NCBI GenBank assembly: GCA_038523235.1
Contig: JBCBJQ010000008.1
Span: 53,614-117,613 of the forward strand
Source of the DNA: Cyanobacteria bacterium J06626_4
GTDB taxonomy: Bacteria; Cyanobacteriota; Cyanobacteriia; Phormidesmidales; Phormidesmidaceae
DNA length: 64,000 nucleotides
Reading direction: 5' to 3'
Each line of letters begins with the position of its first letter. The stretch's first letter is position 1. The notes beneath the pieces were generated by a model that had not been told where the DNA came from, did no database searches, and worked only from the letters and a program-made list of their open reading frames with translations. The translations under genes and the position numbers were made by a program. Below, piece by piece: positions 37,787 through 45,704 of this stretch.

Positions 37787-38799
37787 GGCAGCGTCAACTC
37801 GCCCACCTGATCAATGACGTACTGTTCACCCTCAGGCACTAAGGTGCGGAACAGGTCATTCAGGATCATGTGGGCGTTGACAATGCCTGCATTGAGAAAC
37901 CACACTTCCAGAGAAACTTCGTGGATCTGTCCCCGCTGCACCACATCGAGCTGTGACCAGAGGGGATTGTTTTGCACCTGGGTCAGCGTCGATTGCGCCG
38001 GGTTGTCTTGCATGAAAAACAGCACGTCGCCATCCATGGTGGAGAGCTTTTCTAGACTGATGTTTTCGTAGGCGCGGGGGCGCTGTTGCCGCTTGGGACG
38101 CGGCAATCCCACCTCGTTCAGGACAGCGCCCGAAAAGCTATTTTTTTGATAAACACGAAAGCGTTCAGGCAGAAATCGCGCCACCGAAACAACCGTCGTC
38201 TCGCGGCGATCGCCCAGTGCCTCCTGCAACTGCTCGACCCGCTGCTCATACTGCTGAATCAGCGCTTGCGCCTCAGCCGATTTGCCCAATGCCGTCGCAG
38301 CGGCCAACACGTATGTTTGCCAGGCCGCTGCTCCCTGCGAAAAATCCACCATGACGGTGGGCGCTATCTGGGACAGGCGTGGATAAAAACTGCCCGGTCC
38401 CTTGGTGCCTAAAAGCAAAATCAGGTCAGGCTGCAGCTCGATAATTCTCTCTAAACTGGGCTGCTTCACATGGCCCAAGACGGTGATGCCTGCCGTGAGA
38501 TCGCCCAGCAGGGGGGCTAACTCGGCGGCATTCGCGCGATTGGGAAACCCTGCGAACGCGGCCCCGACTGGCTCAATGCCCAGTGCTAGGGCATCCACCA
38601 CGGAGCCCAAAATGACGACCCGCTCGGGCGATCGCGGCACCACCGTCGTGCCCCCCGCATGTTGAATGGTGCGACCCTCGGCGGGCGGAATCGGTTCGTA
38701 AGTGGGTACAGTTGGCCCGCTACAGGCGGCGAGGGCGATCGCTGCTGTGAAAGCTGCCAGCATCAGGGCCACAAGCTGGATGCAGATTCGGCGCTGCAT
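37783..38799 (-). CDS. Siderophore-binding lipoprotein
   Basis: Lipobox LAAC; paralog of 30506..31507. Confidence 0.9.
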   Translation of the reverse strand: MQRRICIQLVALMLAAFTAAIALAACSGPTVPTYEPIPPAEGRTIQHAGGTTVVPRSPERVVILGSVVDALALGIEPVGAAFAGFPNRANAAELAPLLGDLTAGITVLGHVKQPSLERIIELQPDLILLLGTKGPGSFYPRLSQIAPTVMVDFSQGAAAWQTYVLAAATALGKSAEAQALIQQYEQRVEQLQEALGDRRETTVVSVARFLPERFRVYQKNSFSGAVLNEVGLPRPKRQQRPRAYENISLEKLSTMDGDVLFFMQDNPAQSTLTQVQNNPLWSQLDVVQRGQIHEVSLEVWFLNAGIVNAHMILNDLFRTLVPEGEQYVIDQVGELTLP

Positions 38800-38812
38800 A
38801 ATTCCCCTCCGC

Positions 38813-41560
38813 CTAAAACGAGATGGACACACTACCGACCACGGTGAAGGGGTCGCCGACCGTCGCGCCGCGCCGCGCTAAGCCGCCATTCTCGAAATAC
38901 CGGATGTCAAAGAGATTGCGCACATTCAGCCCCAGGCGCACATCATCGCGGCGGTAATAGATGGCGGCATCGGTGCGCAAATAGTCATCGAGCTGGAAGG
39001 AATTGGCTTCGTCACCTTGCCGCTCGCCGACATAAAAGAGACCGACGCCAAATCCCAATCCGGCGAGATCACCCGACTGAATTTCGTACGTGGTCCACAG
39101 ACTGGCCGAGGTATCTGGCACATTCGGCGGGGTCGCACCATCGGGAAAATCAGGACTGTCGGCAATTTCGGCATCCAAGAGACTCAGCCCCGCGATCACG
39201 TTCCAGCCGGGTAAAATTTCGCCCGTCACGTTCAACTCCATCCCCTGACTGGTCTGCTCACCAATGGGCACCACAAAGTTCGCGTTCGTTGGGTCAGCCG
39301 CTGCTACGTTGGTTTGGCTGATGTCAAAGAACGACAGCGTCGCCGATAACCGCCCCTCCAACAAATTGGCTTTCACACCCACTTCAAACTGTTCACTCTC
39401 CTCGGGGTCTAAAAAGTCGCCGTCAAGGGTGGTGCTGGTGAGGGTGTTGGGTTGAAAGGCGCGGCTATAGCTGGCATACAGGGCCAGTTCTTCAATCGGC
39501 TGATACACAATGCCCACCCGAGGCGAAAACGCCGTCTGCGATTGGTCGCCTTCGCTGGCCGGATTGTTGACTAAGCCCGGAATCACGATGGCAGCCGAGG
39601 TGCTGCTTTGACTAAAAAAATCAACGCGACCGCCGAGCAATAGATTGAGTTCGGGCAGCAATTCGATCTGATCTTGCACGAGCAAGCCCACCCGACTGAG
39701 GCTGCTGGTGGAGTCACCCGTGGTAAAGGCCAGCGGTAAGTCGGGCACCGGGGCGCGCCCAATTCTGGGATTGAAGAGATTGACGGGTAAGGTCGGTTCG
39801 GTAGCGACAAAAATATCAGCGTCGGCAAAAAACAGATCGAGGCCCATCAACAGCGTGTGATTGATCGACCCGGTCGAAAACTCGCCGATGAGTTCAGTCT
39901 GGGCTTCGTAACTTTGCAGGCTGCTCTCGTTGAAGACGATCGCGCGGGCAATGTCACCCGTCACTGGGTTGAGGCCGCCCAACAGTTCACTCAGCTCCGT
40001 GCGGCGATTGAGGAAGTTGACTTCCCCATAGCGAAACCGATTGCGCAACTGCCACTGATCGCTGAAGCGGTGCTCTAACCGGTAACCGACTCCGGTGTTT
40101 TGCACCCGCGCAAAGTCAGTGGGTTCGCCGGTAATGGTGTCGCGAGGCACATCGGGAATGCGGTCGCCCAACGGGGGAATGCCCCGATCGAACGGGCGCT
40201 GGTCGTTGAGATATTGAAAATCGAGGGTCAGGTCGGTGCGATCGCCCAAATCAACCGCCACCACAGGGGCAAAAAACAGGCGATTTGTGTCGGTCTCAAA
40301 GTCCCGAAACCCCTCCGCCCGTTCGTAGACCGCATTCAGTCGATAACGCACCGTCCCCGCTGGGTTAATCGGGCCGGTCACATCCAACGTGGGACGCACC
40401 AAGCCATCACTGCCAAACTGGGTGGTCAACTCGGCGGCGGGCGTCGCCAGTGGCTGCTTTGTGACCAGGTTAATCACGCCCCCCGGCTCGACATTGCCAA
40501 AGAGAATAGACGCGGGACCACGCAGGACTTCAATTTGCGCCAAATTAGCGGTTTCTCGAAAGCCGTTGGTCACCGTATCATCCAGTCGGAAACCATCTTG
40601 CAGGATGGCCGACCCCGTAAATCCCCGAATCACAAACTGCTCGCCGCTGCCCCCAAACGTGTTGCCCTGCACCACACCGGGAGCGTTTCGGAGGGCCTCG
40701 TTCAAGCGCACGACCTGCTGGTCTTCTAACACCGCCTCAGGAATCACCTGAATCGATTGGGGAATGTCGATGAGTGGGGTATCGGTGCGCGTCCCCGTTG
40801 TGGCATTGGGTTCGGCATAGTCGCGGTCCTCGGCCCCCGTCACCACGACTCGCAACGCGTCATCCGCGTCACCCACTGGAGCCATCCCTGGTAAGACACT
40901 CAGCGTCAGCCCCGTGGCAGTCGGCACAAACTCAGCGGTGGGGGCAGCATCGACCCCGGTAATGGCTACCTGCACGCGATTGTCTGGGAGGGCGGATACC
41001 TGCACCAGGGCGATCGCTGCAGTCGGTTCAAACGCCAAAAACTCATCGCCGTCCGGCAACGCCAGCACCGTGTTTTCCAGTTCGGCAATCAGCGCATTGT
41101 TGGTGACCGTCGGCGTCGGTACGGGGAGTTCCCCCGCCGCTGTTTCGAGTATCACCTGCAGGCCCGTGTCGGTAGCTTCAAGCCGGACATTCGTGATGGT
41201 GGTCAGGCCAGTCTCTGCTTGAGCTAACCCAGGCGCTCCAGTTTCGGGTTGCCCCAGCGGCAACGTGGGTGGGGACTCCCTGGCCAGGTGAACCGCCGCT
41301 GCTGGTTGGGGATGACCCGGTTCGGATTGAGGCGGTTCGGCTTGAGAGGCGTCAGCGGCGATCGCGGCAGATCCCTCTAAGTTATTAACCAACGAGGCAT
41401 CGCCAGGGGCCTCGGTAATCGGCTCGACCGGGCCCGATTGATCGGCCCATGGCACCGTATCAGGTAATGCCTGGGCCAATACCGTGCGGGCGATCGCCAG
41501 CTGCCCCCCCGCTAACATCAGCAAAATCAGTAAACGGGCCTCATCGCGTAATCGGTTCAT
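38813..41560 (-). CDS. TonB-dependent siderophore receptor (FhuA-like), AMIN domain
   Basis: Paralog of 31522..34203; C-terminal VSISF. Confidence 0.93.
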   Translation of the reverse strand: MNRLRDEARLLILLMLAGGQLAIARTVLAQALPDTVPWADQSGPVEPITEAPGDASLVNNLEGSAAIAADASQAEPPQSEPGHPQPAAAVHLARESPPTLPLGQPETGAPGLAQAETGLTTITNVRLEATDTGLQVILETAAGELPVPTPTVTNNALIAELENTVLALPDGDEFLAFEPTAAIALVQVSALPDNRVQVAITGVDAAPTAEFVPTATGLTLSVLPGMAPVGDADDALRVVVTGAEDRDYAEPNATTGTRTDTPLIDIPQSIQVIPEAVLEDQQVVRLNEALRNAPGVVQGNTFGGSGEQFVIRGFTGSAILQDGFRLDDTVTNGFRETANLAQIEVLRGPASILFGNVEPGGVINLVTKQPLATPAAELTTQFGSDGLVRPTLDVTGPINPAGTVRYRLNAVYERAEGFRDFETDTNRLFFAPVVAVDLGDRTDLTLDFQYLNDQRPFDRGIPPLGDRIPDVPRDTITGEPTDFARVQNTGVGYRLEHRFSDQWQLRNRFRYGEVNFLNRRTELSELLGGLNPVTGDIARAIVFNESSLQSYEAQTELIGEFSTGSINHTLLMGLDLFFADADIFVATEPTLPVNLFNPRIGRAPVPDLPLAFTTGDSTSSLSRVGLLVQDQIELLPELNLLLGGRVDFFSQSSTSAAIVIPGLVNNPASEGDQSQTAFSPRVGIVYQPIEELALYASYSRAFQPNTLTSTTLDGDFLDPEESEQFEVGVKANLLEGRLSATLSFFDISQTNVAAADPTNANFVVPIGEQTSQGMELNVTGEILPGWNVIAGLSLLDAEIADSPDFPDGATPPNVPDTSASLWTTYEIQSGDLAGLGFGVGLFYVGERQGDEANSFQLDDYLRTDAAIYYRRDDVRLGLNVRNLFDIRYFENGGLARRGATVGDPFTVVGSVSISF

Positions 41561-41633
41561 GGTCTTCCTCACTCCACCTAGCGGCTCGCTGGGTCTACCC
41601 GACGACCCTCACCGGGCGTTGGGGACTGAGCTT

Positions 41634-41652
41634 ATAGCCAATCATTCGCAAT
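41634..41652. promoter_or_regulatory. Fur-like box
   Basis: ATAGCCAATCATTCGCAAT. Confidence 0.7.
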
Positions 41653-41679
41653 TAGCTTATGGAGGTGAGCGATCGCTGC

Positions 41680-41720
41680 CTAGAGGTTTTGCGCCCCAAA
41701 TGCAATTCTTTGGCTCAGGC
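41680..41720 (-). promoter_or_regulatory. Putative AraC operator
   Basis: Homologous to 34333-34373 in sequence and position. Confidence 0.55.
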
Positions 41721-41760
41721 GTGGCTAACGAGCCTCACGTGATGTTGAGGTGGAGGCCTG

Positions 41761-42870
41761 TCAGGGTTGCCACGCTTGCATTTGAAAGGCTTTAGGATTT
41801 AAGCCGTTCTTTTGACGAAAGGCGGTGGCAAAACGGCTGCGACTGGTGTATCCCACCGCTGCGGCCACTTCGGCCACCGACAGCTCGGAAACCATTAACA
41901 GCCGTCGGGCTTGGAGCAATCGGCAGTGCCGCAAATAGCCAAAGGGCGTGGTGCCGTATAGAGTGTGGAACCCCTGAGTGAGGGTGAGGCGATTCGTGCC
42001 CACTTGCCGGGCCAATGCTTCTAGCGAGGGGGGCTGGGTGAGCTGAGTGCGCAGCAGGGTCGCCGCTTGAGTGAGGCACTGCATCTCCGCCTCGTTAAAG
42101 GGGGGCTGCAAGAGGGCATTGAGGCGCAGATCGACCAGTTTCAGCGCTTTTTGAGTGAGATAGTGACGGCGGGTCGCCCCTTGATACGAGCAACTGAGAA
42201 TTTGCTCTAAGAGCTGTCTCATTGCCGGGGTCAGGGGACTGCGGGTGGCGTAGCCGAGCACCGCTGACTCGTTGTAGAGGGCATCGGTCAAAATCTGTTC
42301 CAGGCTAGGCGGCGGTGCCAAGGTCGTGGGCATGGCTGGTGGGCTGGATGTCGGAGTCGCAAAAACGCGCTGGATCATCCCCGCTGTTGAGGGACTAGTG
42401 CCGCCCACCTGATGGCGATAAATCGACTCTAGAATGTGGTGCGCCGCCCTGTGTGCCAAGGGCGAAAGGCGCTCCAGAAAAGACTGGGCATAGCTCACCA
42501 GGGTGGGGCGCTTAAAAAACAACTCAACTTTAAAGACCCGGCTACCAGACTTTCTCAGGCCCAACTGCCGCAAGCCAAAACAAGGAATGCACAGGCTGTA
42601 GTCGGCATGCGGTCCGGCTAGGTGAAACTCAAATTCGATGCGATCGCCGGTCCCAACCACATCTATGATCACATCCTGAGAGAAGGTGTAGTCAATGATG
42701 ACGAGCATCAGATCATCCCGCAGCGGAATTTCTTGGCGATAGCCCTGCCCCCAATTGGGCGGACAGAGCAGCACGCGATCGGTGCGATCGGCATGCAATA
42801 GCTGGGGATTGTCAGGACCGCTCGGCAAAAGCCAATCACAGGTGTGGTTTAACCGGAGAGACGTCATCAT
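41761..42870 (-). CDS. AraC/PchR-family regulator
   Basis: Double HTH. Confidence 0.92.
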   Translation of the reverse strand: MMTSLRLNHTCDWLLPSGPDNPQLLHADRTDRVLLCPPNWGQGYRQEIPLRDDLMLVIIDYTFSQDVIIDVVGTGDRIEFEFHLAGPHADYSLCIPCFGLRQLGLRKSGSRVFKVELFFKRPTLVSYAQSFLERLSPLAHRAAHHILESIYRHQVGGTSPSTAGMIQRVFATPTSSPPAMPTTLAPPPSLEQILTDALYNESAVLGYATRSPLTPAMRQLLEQILSCSYQGATRRHYLTQKALKLVDLRLNALLQPPFNEAEMQCLTQAATLLRTQLTQPPSLEALARQVGTNRLTLTQGFHTLYGTTPFGYLRHCRLLQARRLLMVSELSVAEVAAAVGYTSRSRFATAFRQKNGLNPKAFQMQAWQP

Positions 42871-42897
42871 TCGGTGGGCAAATCAGCAACTCGAATT

Positions 42898-42916
42898 AAT
42901 GAGAATTATTTTCATC
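42898..42916. promoter_or_regulatory. Fur-like box upstream of AraC
   Basis: AATGAGAATTATTTTCATC. Confidence 0.7.
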
Positions 42917-42943
42917 GTTATGTCACGAGCTTTCAAGGCTTTT

Positions 42944-43054
42944 TAGGGTTTGGGTTTGGGGGTTAAGGTTCCAGGTCTAGGGTTCAGGGTTCCAGGTCTT
43001 AGACAACCCCCGGTACCATCTACCCCTTTGCCCTGCACCTTGAACCCTAGCCCC
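42944..43054. repeat. Degenerate heptamer repeats in inverted arrangement
   Basis: AGGGTTC/AGGTTCC units, then complementary GAACCCT-like units. Confidence 0.6.
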
Positions 43055-43089
43055 ATCCTGTACGGGATTTTGATGTCAACGCCAATTCT

Positions 43090-44187
43090 CTACGGCTTCG
43101 CCCCTATCGACTCAAACTGACTGACTTGATATTGTTGCTTGGGGGTCAATTTGACCGGTTCGTTGACCTTGGCAGCCGAGTTGCGGGCCGTGATGACTTC
43201 GCCATCTGCTTCAACGCGAGCCTGATAACGACCCTGGCCTTGGGGTGAGTCGTAAGTCAGCTCCACATCGGCCCAGGTCGCATCACTCGTCCAGCGTTCT
43301 AGCCAGAGCTGGACCAGTTTGATCGGCAACCAACGCAGCAGCGGATAGACCCAGCGCTGGCGACCAGTCAACCCTTTGCGGCGAGTGTGAGCCGTTCGCG
43401 GATAGGTGAACCAATCCCACCCGGTTTGTAGCCAAGCTTCGCGCTCGGCGATTTGCTCAAATTTACTCAGGCCCGTCCAACCGCGATAAAACTGACCCAT
43501 CTGCTGGGGGGCGCCATCGCGGTGAATCAACTGCGGCAGTACGTCCATCTCTAGATGTCCCCAGAGTTGGCCGGTGGGCAAGTCAATCAAGGTCGGCGCA
43601 AACTGATGTCCCCCAAAGTGGGTGCTTTGCCAAACCCGCAGCGACTGCTCCGGCTGACCATAGGTTTGCCGGAGATGCCGATAAACCGGGGTGCCATAGC
43701 GCCCGCAGGCCAAATCGACTTGGGTATGGGTGCAGACCAACATCTCCCGCTGGTTTGAGGTCTCTCGCTGGTAAGCGGTGAAGGGGGACAAGTCAACAGA
43801 CTGGCCGAGCAAACGGTTGAGCAAACCCACCACAAGCTGGGCCGCTGCCTCATCGGGCAAGACATATTCTTGCTTGGTGTAGGTGGCGAATTGAGCCGCC
43901 GGACGCTGGTAATAAATGACTCGGGTATGATCAGGTTCGGAGTAATCGGGGTCAGGGGCGATCGCCAATGGCCTGACCATCACGCCCCGCTTGAGCACTA
44001 GCTTTTTGATCAGCGGAATAATCTGCTGGATGAGAGGATTCTCAGTAAACATTGTGGTGGGCCAAGGCTGAGGAAATTCCACCAAAATCCAATAATCAAC
44101 CTGAGGTGCCGAGCCAATTGGGTCTTCTCCCCGGGCTTTAGAGATCTCTGAACAATACCGACAATCGCTTACAGGGGTATCTAGCAT
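43090..44187 (-). CDS. Sucrase/ferredoxin-like (thioredoxin-like 2Fe-2S) protein
   Basis: EDPIGSA, LVEFPQPW, VCTH..VDLACG, THFGGHQFAPT. Confidence 0.88.
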   Translation of the reverse strand: MLDTPVSDCRYCSEISKARGEDPIGSAPQVDYWILVEFPQPWPTTMFTENPLIQQIIPLIKKLVLKRGVMVRPLAIAPDPDYSEPDHTRVIYYQRPAAQFATYTKQEYVLPDEAAAQLVVGLLNRLLGQSVDLSPFTAYQRETSNQREMLVCTHTQVDLACGRYGTPVYRHLRQTYGQPEQSLRVWQSTHFGGHQFAPTLIDLPTGQLWGHLEMDVLPQLIHRDGAPQQMGQFYRGWTGLSKFEQIAEREAWLQTGWDWFTYPRTAHTRRKGLTGRQRWVYPLLRWLPIKLVQLWLERWTSDATWADVELTYDSPQGQGRYQARVEADGEVITARNSAAKVNEPVKLTPKQQYQVSQFESIGAKP

Positions 44188-44195
44188 CGCCCTTT

Positions 44196-44214
44196 CCTGA
44201 GATTAGCTCTCAAT
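44196..44214. promoter_or_regulatory. Fur-like box
   Basis: CCTGAGATTAGCTCTCAAT. Confidence 0.65.
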
Positions 44215-44525
44215 TATGTTGACTTAGAGGTATCCTATCGCCTTCTCAGAAATATCGGCAGCACCTCAATGGGTTCAAGGCAGATAATTGAACATCGCGG
44301 CAAAAACGTGACCCTACGCTAAGAGGCGCCGGCATCTACAAGAACTGACTGAGGGGAATACCCAGAGGTATTCCTGAAACCGGATCAGTGATGATGCGAC
44401 GGTCTAGATCAAGAACCGGTTTGCCGAATCACTTCAGCGGGAGTTCCTTGAACCATCATCCACCGCTGCGACAGGGCCGCCCAACAATGGCTGTCACCTT
44501 GACTTTTCAGGGGTGAATCGAGATT

Positions 44526-44544
44526 ATTGACACTAATTCTCACT
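44526..44544. promoter_or_regulatory. Fur-like box upstream of AraC
   Basis: ATTGACACTAATTCTCACT. Confidence 0.7.
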
Positions 44545-44569
44545 AATCTTTGAAGTTCCTGCGTCTCCT

Positions 44570-45592
44570 ATGAGCCTTGACCTGACAACCGACGAAATTG
44601 ACGCGATTTGGTCAGAAGCTGAACAGCTCCGGCCACCGGTTATGTCGAGCGATCGCCTCGAAACTGTCTACACCCAACCGTCAACATTGGGACAGGGGCG
44701 CACTCGGGAAATTCAACTCTGTGCCGGGTTAGAACTGTGCATCGTTGATGTGGTATCCCACGATGTGACTGAGCGCGTGCCAGAAAACGAGCATCTGGTG
44801 CAGTTTGCCGCCTATCTCTCAGGCGTGATCGACAGTGGTGACTATTCACAGGGCGATCGCTATTTGCATATAGACGCGAACCAAGGCTACATCGGTGGCA
44901 GCGGCATTCAGCCCAGTCATTTTGGGCTATCCCAAACATCGCACCGTCAAGTCGGGGTCGATATTCATATGACTCCGGCCTTGTTTCGCCAGTTTTTTGC
45001 CAACGGTCAGGGGGAACTGCCGGTCGCGCTGCGGCCCCTCGTGATGGGAAATAACTGGCAGCAGCGCTTTTCACCGCGAACGACAGACGCCATGCGCCTA
45101 GTGATTAAGCAGATCATTCACTGTCCCTTTCAGGGGATGACTAAGCGTGCCTATCTGCAGGCCAAAGTGTTTGAGCTAATGGCGCTACAGCTTGACGGCA
45201 TGATGGTTTCACCACCAAGATCGTCAACCCAATCGCTGAAGGCAGATACCGCCGCCCGCATTCACCACGCGGCAGAAATTTTACGATCACACCTCGAATC
45301 GCCGCCTGGTCAAATCGCCTTAGCGCAACAGGTGGGGGTGAGCGATCGCACCCTACAAAAAGGGTTTAAGGCGGTGTTTGGCATCACGCCATTTGCCTAT
45401 TTGACTCAGCAGCGCATGCAGCAAGCCGAGCAGCTCTTGCGGCAGCCTGGTCAAACTGTGGCGGAGATTGCCAATATTGTCGGCTATGCCAATCCCGCTC
45501 AGTTTGCGATCGCCTTTAAGCGCCAGTTTGGCATTAGCCCCAGTGATTGCCTACAAGGAAAGAAATTGCCCAAAAATTCGGTTTTGGGGTGA
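44570..45592 (+). CDS. AraC/PchR-family regulator
   Basis: QIIHCPFQG..YLQAKVFEL, double HTH. Confidence 0.93.
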   Translation: MSLDLTTDEIDAIWSEAEQLRPPVMSSDRLETVYTQPSTLGQGRTREIQLCAGLELCIVDVVSHDVTERVPENEHLVQFAAYLSGVIDSGDYSQGDRYLHIDANQGYIGGSGIQPSHFGLSQTSHRQVGVDIHMTPALFRQFFANGQGELPVALRPLVMGNNWQQRFSPRTTDAMRLVIKQIIHCPFQGMTKRAYLQAKVFELMALQLDGMMVSPPRSSTQSLKADTAARIHHAAEILRSHLESPPGQIALAQQVGVSDRTLQKGFKAVFGITPFAYLTQQRMQQAEQLLRQPGQTVAEIANIVGYANPAQFAIAFKRQFGISPSDCLQGKKLPKNSVLG

Positions 45593-45610
45593 TGGTTCGG
45601 TTTTGGGGTG
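45577..45610 (+). promoter_or_regulatory. Putative AraC operator (15-mer twice, 19-bp period)
   Basis: TTCGGTTTTGGGGTG at 45577 and 45596, overlapping the AraC stop. Confidence 0.7.
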
Positions 45611-45649
45611 GATGCGATCGCCCGGCATTCTCTACACTCTGTCCACATA

Positions 45650-45668
45650 AATAAGAACTGCTCTCAAT
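45650..45668. promoter_or_regulatory. Fur-like box
   Basis: AATAAGAACTGCTCTCAAT. Confidence 0.65.
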
Positions 45669-45704
45669 TGAGGGGTTCGCTAATGTGTGGGGATGGTGAC
45701 GGTG

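Noticed and set aside
40100..40729. Long antisense ORFs inside receptor and TPR genes (also 35763..36353 and 46134..46703)
   Set aside because: Shadow frames of well-supported genes with no recognisable motifs
43062..43090. Partial resemblance to the 34333/41680 operator
   Set aside because: Needs a gap, single copy, and far from a plausible promoter
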